Positions 8,657-17,581 are shown, counted from the first letter of the stretch. The stretch is DNA of 39,981 nt from Alphaproteobacteria bacterium (GCA_051657245.1 JBOFKI010000057.1:1-39981); one strand, 5' to 3'. Notes: generated by a model not told the origin, from the sequence alone. Numbers and translations: made by a program.

Positions 8657-10513
8657 GTGCGAGAGGAAAGCAAGATGCGGCAGGCAAGCCATCAAAAAAA
8701 TCATCATCCTGAATCGTTTTTTGAGGGGGTCGATCTTAGCCGAGATGCACTTCTGACAGATTTTGGAAAAAAAACCCTTGAAAATCAGTATCTTCTTCCA
8801 GGGGAAGGCTATCAAGATTTGTTCTTCAGGGCGGCAAAAGCCTATGGAGATGATGCTGCCCACACGGCTCGGCTGTATGATTATATCTCCAAACTTTGGT
8901 TTATGCCGGCAACGCCGGTTTTGGCAAACGGTGGAACCAACCGGGGCCTCCCCATTTCATGTTTTTTGAATGAAGCGTCAGATAGCTTAGAGGGCATTGT
9001 TAACCTGTGGAATGAAAACACGTGGCTGGCATCCCAAGGCGGGGGGATTGGAAGCTATTGGGGAAATTTGCGCTCCATCGGCGAAAAAATCAGCCGAAAC
9101 GGTGAAACCTCTGGAATCATTCCTTTCATCAAAGTGATGGATAGCATGACCTTGGCCATTTCCCAAGGCTCATTGCGCAGGGGATCAGCCGCTATTTATT
9201 TGCCCATCTCTCATCCAGAAATTGAAGAGTTTATTGAGATTCGCAAGCCCACAGGCGGTGATCACAACCGAAAAGCATTGAACCTACATCACGGGATCGT
9301 CATCCCAGACGCTTTCATGGAAGCGGTTGAGAAAGATCTTCCCTGGAATTTATGTAGCCCAAAGGATGGCGCCGTGATTCGAGCCGTTTCTGCGCGATCT
9401 TTATGGATTCGCTTGCTTACCATGCGGGTGGAAATGGGGGAGCCCTACCTGCTGTTTATTGATCACGTCAGCCGAGGAAGGCCAGAGCACCAGAAAAAGC
9501 TTGGCCTTGAGGTGAAAATGTCGAACCTGTGCACGGAAATCACTCTCCCCACTGGAAAAGACCCTTTTGGGGAAGAGCGGACAGCTGTTTGCTGCCTTTC
9601 TTCTCTCAATCTTGAATATTTTCAAGAATGGGAGAAAGAGCCTCTTTTCGTTGAAGATTGCATGCGTTTCTTGGACAATGTGTTGGAAGATTTCATCCAC
9701 AAAGCGCCTGCCAGAATGTCTCGGGCTGTTTATGCTGCAAAGCAGGAGCGCTCCATTGGTCTTGGGGTGATGGGGTTCCATTCGTTTTTGCAATCCCTGC
9801 GTATTCCTTTTGAAGGTGTTATGGCGAAGGTTTGGAATGAGCGTATCTTTAAGCACATTCGCACCCAGGCGGATGCTGTTTCCCACAAGCTGGCCCAAGA
9901 GCGAGGGCCTTGCCCAGATGCCCAAGCTTGTGGGGCGACGGAACGATTTTCTAACAAGCTGGCCATTGCGCCCACAGCCTCTATTTCCATCATTTGTGGG
10001 GGGGCATCCCCTGGTATTGAACCTTACGTCAGCAATGCGTATACCCACAAAACCCTCAGCGGCTCGTTTCCCGTTCGCAATAAATATTTGAAGCAGTTGC
10101 TTCAAGAAAAGAACCTGGACACGCCAGAGATTTGGACCTCCATTGTTCAACACGAGGGTTCAGTTCAACATTTGGAAGGGCTCACAGACCTTGAAAAAGA
10201 CGTTTTCAAAACTGCCTTTGAGCTTGATCAACGGTGGCTGATTGACCACGCTGCTGACCGCCAGCCGTTTATCTGCCAAGCCCAATCCTTGAATATTTTC
10301 TTGTTGAGTGATGTGCATAAGCGGGATTTACACCAGATTCATCTGCGCGCTTGGAAAAAAGGCGTGAAAAGCCTCTACTATAACCGATCGCGGTCTATTC
10401 AGCGGGCTGAGAACACTTATTCAGCCCAAAAGCCGCTCCAGGTTGCTTTCCAAAAAGAAAATGCCCAACCCGTGCTTCCTTTGAATTACGAAGAGTGCCT
10501 ATCCTGCCAATAG
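8657..10513 (+). CDS. nrdA: Ribonucleoside-diphosphate reductase alpha subunit (class I, no N-terminal ATP cone)
   Basis: PATPVLAN, ISCFL, SNLCTEI, APTASIS, KSLYY, C-terminal ECLSCQ. Start could be ATG 8675. Confidence 0.95.
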   Translation: MREESKMRQASHQKNHHPESFFEGVDLSRDALLTDFGKKTLENQYLLPGEGYQDLFFRAAKAYGDDAAHTARLYDYISKLWFMPATPVLANGGTNRGLPISCFLNEASDSLEGIVNLWNENTWLASQGGGIGSYWGNLRSIGEKISRNGETSGIIPFIKVMDSMTLAISQGSLRRGSAAIYLPISHPEIEEFIEIRKPTGGDHNRKALNLHHGIVIPDAFMEAVEKDLPWNLCSPKDGAVIRAVSARSLWIRLLTMRVEMGEPYLLFIDHVSRGRPEHQKKLGLEVKMSNLCTEITLPTGKDPFGEERTAVCCLSSLNLEYFQEWEKEPLFVEDCMRFLDNVLEDFIHKAPARMSRAVYAAKQERSIGLGVMGFHSFLQSLRIPFEGVMAKVWNERIFKHIRTQADAVSHKLAQERGPCPDAQACGATERFSNKLAIAPTASISIICGGASPGIEPYVSNAYTHKTLSGSFPVRNKYLKQLLQEKNLDTPEIWTSIVQHEGSVQHLEGLTDLEKDVFKTAFELDQRWLIDHAADRQPFICQAQSLNIFLLSDVHKRDLHQIHLRAWKKGVKSLYYNRSRSIQRAENTYSAQKPLQVAFQKENAQPVLPLNYEECLSCQ

Positions 10514-10563
10514 TGAAGTGGACGGGCAGCTAAAAAATAATTTTATACAAGAAAGGTTTTTCC

Positions 10564-11556
10564 ATGGCTGAGATTGAGACAGTTTCTCCCCTTTTTACCC
10601 GCAACCCCATTTACAAGCCTTTCCGCTACCCTTGGGCCTATGAGGCCTGGCTTACCCAGCAGCGTATCCACTGGCTCCCCGATGAGGTTCCCCTTTCAGA
10701 TGACGTGAAAGATTGGAACTTTCGGTTGGCTTCTTCGGAAAAAAATTTGCTAACCCAGATTTTTCGTTTTTTCACCCAATCTGATATTGAAGTCAATAAT
10801 TGTTATATGCAGTATTACAGCCGCATTTTTCAACCCACTGAAATAAAGATGATGTTGGCTGCTTTTTCTAATATGGAAACTATTCACACCCAAGCTTATG
10901 CCCATTTGCTGGATACGGTGGGGATGCCAGAGACAGAATACCAAGCTTTTCTCAACTACAAAGAGATGAAAGACAAATGGGATTATATGCAATCCTTTGG
11001 AGGAGATTCCCTTCAAGATATTGCGACGGCTTTGGCCCTATTTGGTGCTTTTACAGAGGGGCTTCAGCTGTTTGCATCCTTTGCAATGCTAATGAATTTT
11101 CCACGGTTCAACAAAATGAAGGGGATGGGGCAGATTGTATCCTGGTCGATTCGGGATGAGACCCTCCATACCCACGCGATCATTCGTTTATTTCGCACGT
11201 TGATTGAAGAGCATCCGTCTATTTGGACACCTGGGCTCAAACAAAAAATCTCGATGGTGTGCGAAACAGTGGTGCATCATGAAGATGCTTTTATCGATTT
11301 AGCATTTGAAATGGGGCCTATTGAAGGTTTAACAGCTGAAGAAACCAAGCGCTATATCCGTTATATCGCAGATCGGCGGCTTAATCAGCTGGGGCTTGAC
11401 CCCATTTATCAGCTTAAGGCAAATCCGCTTCCTTGGATGGATGATATGATCAATGCCATGGAGCATACAAATTTTTTTGAAAACCGCGCCACAGAATACT
11501 CAAAAGCTTCTACCCAAGGGACTTGGGAGGAAGCCTTTGAGGATGAGGTTGCTTAA
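10564..11556 (+). CDS. nrdB: Ribonucleoside-diphosphate reductase beta subunit
   Basis: FFTQSD, METIHTQAY, FTEG, RDETLH, NFFENRATEY. Confidence 0.95.
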   Translation: MAEIETVSPLFTRNPIYKPFRYPWAYEAWLTQQRIHWLPDEVPLSDDVKDWNFRLASSEKNLLTQIFRFFTQSDIEVNNCYMQYYSRIFQPTEIKMMLAAFSNMETIHTQAYAHLLDTVGMPETEYQAFLNYKEMKDKWDYMQSFGGDSLQDIATALALFGAFTEGLQLFASFAMLMNFPRFNKMKGMGQIVSWSIRDETLHTHAIIRLFRTLIEEHPSIWTPGLKQKISMVCETVVHHEDAFIDLAFEMGPIEGLTAEETKRYIRYIADRRLNQLGLDPIYQLKANPLPWMDDMINAMEHTNFFENRATEYSKASTQGTWEEAFEDEVA

Positions 11557-11562
11557 ACTTGT

Positions 11563-11600
11563 GGGGGAGGAGGGGAGGTACACTCCCTTCCTCTTTATTC
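11563..11600 (+). terminator. Terminator hairpin after nrdB, between convergent genes
   Basis: gaggaggggag-gtaca-ctcccttcctc followed by tttattc. Confidence 0.7.
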
Positions 11601-11604
11601 TATT

Positions 11605-12522
11605 TCAGATTTTTTGATGCTTAATTTTAAGACGCTTGGAGGGCGCTCCGTCTTGCGTTATGCTGAATATTATATTGGTTTTCAAAGAAAGGTTTTTAAC
11701 GGAGGGGGGTAAATCTAGCAAAAAATCAACTGGAATTCGGACTGGAATTTTTAACATAAAAATATCTAATTCTTTAATGCCGCTGATGTTTCTTTTCAAA
11801 GATGGATTTGAAAAAAACTTTAAAGGGGTTGTCTCTAAAGGCTTGTATTGGATGCTCGAGCTAATTTTTAGCTGCTCTAATTTGCCTGTTAGGGTTAAAT
11901 TTGAAAAAATTTTTTGAATATCATCCTGTTTTTTTCCCCAAGCTTCTCCCTCAAAGGCTAAATAGGTTACGGAGAAAGGTTTTTTTTCAATAAGTTGTCG
12001 CAGGGCGGATATCATCTTTCCAGGCAGCTCGACGCTAAATTGAAAAGCCTTGCTCTGTTTCGAAAATTTTAGAAATGTTTTGAGTTCTGCTTTAATTTCT
12101 TTCATGGTTTTGTGGGCTAAATTGTTTTTCCAGGTAGGGACGATTAGGTTTTTATTAATGAGTTTCTTAAAATTTTTGCATACAAGCCTAAGGTTTTTTA
12201 ATAATTCCAAGTGATTTTCCCCCGGAATTTTAAAAATGCTTAACCATATTTCATGGGGCACATACGGAATCTTTTGCGGCATGTTGAGAGGAGATGCTAT
12301 TAAATCGTGAGGAAAAATTTCATCTGTTGTTAGCGTAAACACAGCTGGTTGACGCCTGGCGACATTGGTCACATTTGGAATCTTGCTCGGAGTATAGAGA
12401 AAATCATGAGGGAGCACTTCATTTGCTGTTAAAGACTTCATAGCTTCTAATTGATGGGTGTTAAAGCCAACGAACATCAAGCCAGCACTCAAAAAGTGCC
12501 TTATAGAATGATTTTTACACAT
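11605..12522 (-). CDS. Hypothetical secreted protein with an F-box-like motif (candidate effector)
   Basis: Signal-like N-terminus; PYVPHEIWLSIFK...LKNLRLVCKNFKKLI resembles an F-box; degenerate LRR-like C-terminal half; AT-rich. Confidence 0.65.
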   Translation of the reverse strand: MCKNHSIRHFLSAGLMFVGFNTHQLEAMKSLTANEVLPHDFLYTPSKIPNVTNVARRQPAVFTLTTDEIFPHDLIASPLNMPQKIPYVPHEIWLSIFKIPGENHLELLKNLRLVCKNFKKLINKNLIVPTWKNNLAHKTMKEIKAELKTFLKFSKQSKAFQFSVELPGKMISALRQLIEKKPFSVTYLAFEGEAWGKKQDDIQKIFSNLTLTGKLEQLKISSSIQYKPLETTPLKFFSNPSLKRNISGIKELDIFMLKIPVRIPVDFLLDLPPSVKNLSLKTNIIFSITQDGAPSKRLKIKHQKI

Positions 12523-12635
12523 ATTGCATCCATTTTTTAATAATAATTAAAAAATGATGTCAAAAATATATTTTTTTGTCTATTTTTTTTATTTTAGGCA
12601 ATTTTTTGTTTTTTTAAGCTCAAAAAAAAGAAAAA

Positions 12636-13739
12636 TTACTCCACAAAATCATGCTGAATTTTAGCAGTGGTTTTGACGCCTATGTCGTGGTAATGTTGGG
12701 CGAGCCAGTCTTTTCCGGTCTTTCTGCCTTCGTTGTGGAGGTGCTCTAAAAAGCTCCAGTCTGTATTTAAAGCGCTTGAGATTTCGAGCTGTGAAAAGGT
12801 CTCTGCGTTGCGGATGAGGTGAACGTTGAGGCGTTTGATCTTTTTTGGATCTAGCAACCCGTCATCCATAAGCTTTGAGATGAAATTGATTGAGCGCATC
12901 TCCCGCATCAAACAAGCGTTGTAGGTAATTTCTTTGTGACGATCGATGATCTCCCGGGCAGTTCTGGGCAGGCCTTCCCGGTGCATGGCTGTGAGTTGAA
13001 TCACCATCACGTCTGCTGTGTCGCATTCATAGATGAGGGGGTAAATGGCAGGGTTGCCCACAAATCCACCATCCCAATAGTGCTCCCCGTTGACCTCAAC
13101 CGCGTGGAAAAGAAATGGCAGGCATGCGGAGGCCAGCAAAACCTCAACCCGAAGGTCCTCCAGGCGAAAAATCTTGAGCTTCCCTGTGTTAACATGGGTT
13201 GCACACAAAAACAGTTTGATATCTTTAAAGTGAGAAAGCCTCTCAAACTCAAAGAAGCTTTTCGCAAAAGTTTCCAGGGGATTGATGTTGAGGGGATTGA
13301 GCTGATAGGGAGAAAACATCCCTTGCAATAAGCCCATCATGGCATAGCCTGGCGAATCGCCCAGGTTTGGGTTTCCTGTGAGTTGGTTATATAACGAAGG
13401 TTTGAAAGGGCTGGTCGCGCCGTTATCGCTGATGGTTTTCCAAAATTTGCGAAGCTCCGCCCGGGCACCTTCCTCTTTGCCCTTCATGTAGCCTTGGATG
13501 AAGGCAACGGCGTTCATGCCGCCTGCGCTGGTGCCACTGATCCCCTCTATTTCCAAGCGCCCATCTTCTAGAAGCGCATCCAAAACACCCCAGGTGAAGG
13601 CCCCGTGCGCGCCGCCGCCTTGAAGGGCGAGGGCCACCCGCTTCCGCTTGGTGCCAGAAATTGATGGGGATGCTTCTACGGCTTCAGGGATTTCGGGTCT
13701 AGCTTGGGATGGATTATTTTTACCGTGTTTTGTAACCAT
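12636..13739 (-). CDS. Patatin-like phospholipase family protein
   Basis: LQGGGAHGAF, GTSAG nucleophile motif, YWDGGF. Confidence 0.92.
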   Translation of the reverse strand: MVTKHGKNNPSQARPEIPEAVEASPSISGTKRKRVALALQGGGAHGAFTWGVLDALLEDGRLEIEGISGTSAGGMNAVAFIQGYMKGKEEGARAELRKFWKTISDNGATSPFKPSLYNQLTGNPNLGDSPGYAMMGLLQGMFSPYQLNPLNINPLETFAKSFFEFERLSHFKDIKLFLCATHVNTGKLKIFRLEDLRVEVLLASACLPFLFHAVEVNGEHYWDGGFVGNPAIYPLIYECDTADVMVIQLTAMHREGLPRTAREIIDRHKEITYNACLMREMRSINFISKLMDDGLLDPKKIKRLNVHLIRNAETFSQLEISSALNTDWSFLEHLHNEGRKTGKDWLAQHYHDIGVKTTAKIQHDFVE

Positions 13740-13880
13740 TTTGATGCTCGTGTTCCCCTATGTCCTCAGACAAAAACAGTGATCTTACAACCTGCCTGTC
13801 TAAAGCATAGCGGTCAGATTGTTAATTTTTTCTTAAAACCAGGAGAAGCGCTTGAGAGAACACGGATTCCAAAAACCATT

Positions 13881-14009
13881 GCCATCCCCGCGGCGGCGGG
13901 GATCTAGAAAAACCTAAAAAATGCCCCAGAACTTGAAGGCTGCAGATTAGAAAAGGTTTGCCTGCAAAGACGCTGAAACCTAGATTCCCGCTTTTGCAGG
14001 AATGACAAA
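13881..14009. repeat. Left REP/RPE-like palindrome doublet of copy 1
   Basis: gccatccccgcggcggcggggatctag ... ctagattcccgcttttgcaggaatgacaa: two hairpins in inverted orientation. Confidence 0.85.
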
Positions 14010-14034
14010 AAAATAGGCAAAAATGACAAAAGAG

Positions 14035-14719
14035 TATCAGGGATGAGATATCCAAGGCTTGTATAGCATCAAATTCCGGATCAGGGGAATCGAAACGCAA
14101 AAGGCTTACGGGCGCAAAGGCCATGGATAGCTTTGTTTATGGAGAAAACTGCCGCATGGTTTGCAACACCTCGCACATTCGCGTCCAACTCCCCTTTCCG
14201 GACAGTAAACGTGAACGCCAGGCTGACACCAAGTTTCAGATTAATTGAGGTGAATGCTTGGGAGGGTGAGGCTGCGCAAGTGTACTATAGTACATGCGTA
14301 AAGGCCCTAGTCCCGATTCAAACATTTGGATCAATTAAACATGGGACTTGGTATTAATCGTCGCCTTCGTCAGCATCCTCCCACAGCGTGCTTAAGGTCA
14401 GCCAAAGGGCCAGCCCCAAGAAAAAGAAACAGTCGCTCAGCCCTAAACCGTCCCCTCCTTCCCTTGGGGGGAAGAAAAAGTGTCGAAGGCGTGAAAGTTT
14501 CCGTTGCGCCAGAAAAGAAAAATCGTTTAACATCTTGTTTAGCCTTAAATGACTCGTGCGAGTCGTTAAAGGTTAGCGGCATCGGGGAGTTAGTGCTCCC
14601 TGGTGTCGCGTAGTTTGCCCCTGAAACATTCATTCCAGAGACGCGAAATAAGTTCAGCGGGTTTTATGCAAGAAAAGCAGGTGCCTCCAAGCTTTTCAAG
14701 CACTTACCAACCAAACTTA
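14035..14719 (-). ncRNA. Putative large structured ncRNA, copy 1 (interrupted by the MITE); 3' end uncertain
   Basis: Lies downstream of the conserved promoter. Stems found by eye use G-U pairs mostly on the minus strand, and inter-copy substitutions are pairing-compatible. Confidence 0.55.
14225..14354. mobile_element. 130-bp ERIC/RPE-like MITE inserted in element copy 1
   Basis: Absent from copies 2 and 3 (empty site aggcttaatcg). Imperfect ~22-bp terminal inverted repeats accaagtttcagattaattga / tcaattaaacatgggacttggt; central palindrome tgtactatagtaca. Confidence 0.85.
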
Positions 14720-14725
14720 ACCCTC

Positions 14726-14754
14726 AACCTAACAAATTTTGTCTTTAAGATCAA
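14726..14754 (-). promoter_or_regulatory. Putative sigma70 promoter inside element copy 1
   Basis: Minus strand TTGATC-N17-TAGGTT; AT-rich upstream; same spacing in copy 2. Confidence 0.6.
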
Positions 14755-14793
14755 TCAATTTTATTTCGAATTTGTGTCTTTTCAGCGCCCCCT

Positions 14794-14967
14794 TTGTCAT
14801 CCCCGAGCGCGCCCTTGTCATCCCAGCGCAGGCGGGGATCCAGGGAAACCCTATAGAAATAACGCTTCAGTAGAAATTCCAGGTGATAGGATTATCTAGA
14901 TTCCCGCTTTTGCGGGAATGACAAAGGGTGGCGGGGATGACAAGAAGAAAAGGCGCGGGGATGACAA
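14794..14967. repeat. Right REP/RPE-like doublet of copy 1 with extra half-sites
   Basis: ttgtcatcccagcgcaggcggggatccag ... ctagattcccgcttttgcgggaatgacaa, plus extra ttgtcatccccg / cggggatgacaa units on both sides. Confidence 0.85.
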
Positions 14968-15153
14968 AGGAGGAATGGGGGGATATCTTTTCCAAGGTAC
15001 GGTAGCGTATTAAGCCCAAACGGTAAAAAATTTATCCAAGGCTTGCTATATGGGCTGATAGGTGCATCACTAAAGCGGTTATATCCGGAGCTCCGGATCT
15101 GCATGTAGGCCTTGTGCGCTTGGTTCGTCTCAAAAGTGGCCTCGACAAGAGGT

Positions 15154-15903
15154 CTAATGACGTGGCACTTGCTGAAAGGCTTTTGCCGCTGCTATGAAGG
15201 CTTCAAAAACCTTGTGATCACAAGGTGTTATGAGAAATTCAGGATGCCATTGGATTCCCAGCCCGAAGGGATAGTTTAGCATTTCAAACCCTTCAATCAC
15301 CCCATCTGGCGCGAGGGCATTAAGGCGAAGCCCTTTTCCAAGGGTTTCAACAGCTTGGTGGTGGGCGCTGTTCACGTGCGCTGTGGAGGATTGCATGATG
15401 TCTCTCAGATAGGTTCCCTCTAAAATGTCAATTCCGTGGCTTGTTTCATGTCTCGGATTCGGCTGTTCGTGGGGTAAAGCGTTGGGAACAGTGTCTGGAA
15501 TATGCTGGATGAGCGTTCCACCCAAGGCCACATTTAAAAGCTGTGCCCCCCCACAAATTCCCAAAATAGGGATTTTCCGTTCAAAGGCTTTGGAAAGAAG
15601 CGCCAGCTCAAACTGTGTGCGTTTTGGCTTCAGGTGTACCCTTGGGTGAAGCTCTGTTTTTCCGTAAAAATCAGGGCTTACATCAAATTTCCCACCTGTA
15701 ATGACAAGCCCTTGGACGCACGCCAGGTATCTGTCGAGGTGCTCCAATACATAAGGAAACAGAAGGGGAATTCCACCTTTTTCAGCAATGGACGTGCAAT
15801 AGTTTTCCCGCAACGCATACCAAGGATAGCGAGAATAACGAGAAACATCTCCGTCGTTTTCGTAATCTAAAGGAATCCCAATAAACGGCTGCATGCAATC
15901 CAA
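15154..15903 (-). CDS. Gamma-glutamyl-gamma-aminobutyrate hydrolase family (peptidase C26, glutamine amidotransferase)
   Basis: GLVITGG.FDV.P, PILGICGGAQ, VNSAHHQAV, GIQWHPE. Start could be 15894. Confidence 0.92.
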   Translation of the reverse strand: MDCMQPFIGIPLDYENDGDVSRYSRYPWYALRENYCTSIAEKGGIPLLFPYVLEHLDRYLACVQGLVITGGKFDVSPDFYGKTELHPRVHLKPKRTQFELALLSKAFERKIPILGICGGAQLLNVALGGTLIQHIPDTVPNALPHEQPNPRHETSHGIDILEGTYLRDIMQSSTAHVNSAHHQAVETLGKGLRLNALAPDGVIEGFEMLNYPFGLGIQWHPEFLITPCDHKVFEAFIAAAKAFQQVPRH

Positions 15904-15908
15904 AAGTG

Positions 15909-16499
15909 CTATTCAAGGTTTAGCCCGAGATGCTCCTGCACCTTCGCAGCTGCTTCATCGCCATCCCAATCAACTTTTCCCCGGTGGCGAAACACTTCTT
16001 TCCCCTCTGCATTCAAAAAAATGGTGAGGGGAAGCCCCCCGCCAGCAGCACAAAAAGCTTTCGCAATTTCGCCTTTATCATCGTGGTAGAGCTTTAAATG
16101 CTGAATATTTTTATCTTGAAAAGCTAAAAACCCGCGACCCACCTCAGGCTCGAGGAGAATCGTTAAAACATCTCCGCCTTTTTTGCGCATCTTTACCGCA
16201 AGGGCGTCAAGGGAGGGAAGTTCCGCAACACAATACCCGCACCAAGAGGTCCACAGGTTGACGACTAAAGGCTTTCCCTTAAACTCACTCAATGGGTGAG
16301 ATTTTCCACCCTTTTCAGTAAAAGAAGGATTGCCAACAGCAGCACTCACCCCAGAAGAGGGAAGCAAAGACGCAACCGCATACGCAAGACCAGCCGCAAA
16401 AGCGACGCCACCCAATATCATCCAAGCATACCTCTTTAAAAACACGAACCTGTTGCACCCCCAACATTTTTGGCTATTATAATCCAATAGATAATCCAT
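15909..16499 (-). CDS. tlpA: TlpA-family thiol:disulfide oxidoreductase
   Basis: VVNLWTSWCGYCVAELPSL, GLPLT; N-terminal TM. The real start is probably downstream of 16499. Confidence 0.8.
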   Translation of the reverse strand: MDYLLDYNSQKCWGCNRFVFLKRYAWMILGGVAFAAGLAYAVASLLPSSGVSAAVGNPSFTEKGGKSHPLSEFKGKPLVVNLWTSWCGYCVAELPSLDALAVKMRKKGGDVLTILLEPEVGRGFLAFQDKNIQHLKLYHDDKGEIAKAFCAAGGGLPLTIFLNAEGKEVFRHRGKVDWDGDEAAAKVQEHLGLNLE

Positions 16500-16517
16500 T
16501 TACAAGGAAAATTTCAC

Positions 16518-16673
16518 ATGACACATCCCTCAAGCAGGTTAATGGCTTACTTAATCTTGGTTTGTATGGCTATTAGCCTTAGTGCTTGTGGAAAAAAAGG
16601 GGAGCCTACCACGCCCTGCCAAATTCCTAGTGATTTTCCTCGAACTTATCCACCTGAAGGGGATAAAAATTAA
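16518..16673 (+). CDS. Small 51-aa lipoprotein (CGxKG type, LptM/YifL-like)
   Basis: Below the ORF-track cutoff. AAGGA SD; MTHPSSRLMAYLILVCMAISLSA-CGKKGEPTTPCQIPSDFPRTYPPEGDKN with lipobox LSAC; stop overlaps the convergent DMT stop (TTAA). Confidence 0.8.
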   Translation: MTHPSSRLMAYLILVCMAISLSACGKKGEPTTPCQIPSDFPRTYPPEGDKN

Positions 16674-17581
16674 GCTTTTGCAGCTAAAGGGGAGGGCATT
16701 TTGCGTTCTTGATACCCCAAGAAAAGAATAGCAGTCATAATTAAAGTGGTTCCGCCGAGGGTCCAAATACTGGGGATCTCATAGAAACAGAAAAATCCAA
16801 TTAGAATGCTGGCAATAAGCCTGGTGGAGCCAAAGGGGATGAGGAAGGTGACATCCGCACAAACGAAAGCTTTATTCATGCTGAAGTGGGCTGCAGAAGC
16901 AAGCCCTCCCAACAAAAAAAGCCATGACAGCTGGGCGAGGGTTGGTGTCACCCACATAAAAAAACAGGGAATGCTCAAACAGGGAGTTATCAAAAGCATT
17001 AATAACGCGACAATTAGCGCGGGGCTGTCAAATTGGGTCAAGTGCTTACTCATCAACGTTGACGTTGAAAAAGCAAGGGTTGAGGCAATGGGAATTAAAA
17101 AAATGAGTTCAAGGGAAAACCAAGCACATTCTCCTGATAGATAGCGCGCATGGGAAATGGTAACGCCGCCTAAAATGCCTAGCAAAATAGCGATGGATCG
17201 ATTGACACCCAATGGCTCTTTTAAAACCAGCCGGGCACCAAGGGTGGTGAACAGCGGACCCATAAACCCCAGAGAAACCGCTTGGGCAATGGGGATAAAC
17301 GCTAGAGAAAGGTACCAAAGGACGATGCCAACCCCCGATGCAAGGGCTCTCCATATATGAAGGGTTAGATGCTGCGTGCGCCAGGTTTTTGGACCATGAT
17401 AAACAAACCAAGGAATCAAAAACAAAAGACCAAAGAGGTTTTGAAAAAAAGCAAGCTCAACCGAAGGAAGTGTGTTTTCTTGGGTTGAAAGGTAGCGAAT
17501 GATGCCGTTGATGCTGGCAAAACAAAGGCATGAAAGGGTTTTCCAAAAAGCCCCTTCCCAACGGGATTTATGAATCTTCAT
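16670..17581 (-). CDS. DMT/EamA family transporter
   Basis: About 10 TM helices; ELAFFQNLFG, LKEPLG, FYEIP motifs. Confidence 0.9.
   Translation of the reverse strand: MKIHKSRWEGAFWKTLSCLCFASINGIIRYLSTQENTLPSVELAFFQNLFGLLFLIPWFVYHGPKTWRTQHLTLHIWRALASGVGIVLWYLSLAFIPIAQAVSLGFMGPLFTTLGARLVLKEPLGVNRSIAILLGILGGVTISHARYLSGECAWFSLELIFLIPIASTLAFSTSTLMSKHLTQFDSPALIVALLMLLITPCLSIPCFFMWVTPTLAQLSWLFLLGGLASAAHFSMNKAFVCADVTFLIPFGSTRLIASILIGFFCFYEIPSIWTLGGTTLIMTAILFLGYQERKMPSPLAAKA

Larger units (their letters stand above)
13879..14967. mobile_element. Dispersed ~1 kb non-coding element, copy 1 (REP doublet - structured core - promoter - REP doublet) with a nested MITE
   Basis: Colinear and highly similar to 32293-33233 and 39421-39981; no ORF conserved across copies. 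Confidence 0.85.

Noticed and set aside
9401-10153. Long antisense ORFs (250 aa in nrdA, 201 aa in the MFS gene, 163 aa over secA, and others)
   Set aside because: Overlap well-conserved genes on the opposite strand and have no recognisable motifs.
14794-14967. CRISPR array
   Set aside because: Units are short degenerate half-sites in both orientations with ~10-nt gaps, and no cas genes are present.
15004-15019. 16-nt reverse-complement match to the rpmH-rnpA intergenic region (about 36890-36905)
   Set aside because: About one such match is expected by chance in 40 kb on two strands.
13822-15104. Small ORFs within the repeat (e.g. 14326-14613 +, 14370-14633 -, 32577-32849 +, 32836-33165 +, 39540-39734 -) as a transposase or toxin
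   Set aside because: Starts and stops differ among copies, indels shift the frames, and there is no recognisable motif or SD. The protein similarity just reflects DNA identity.
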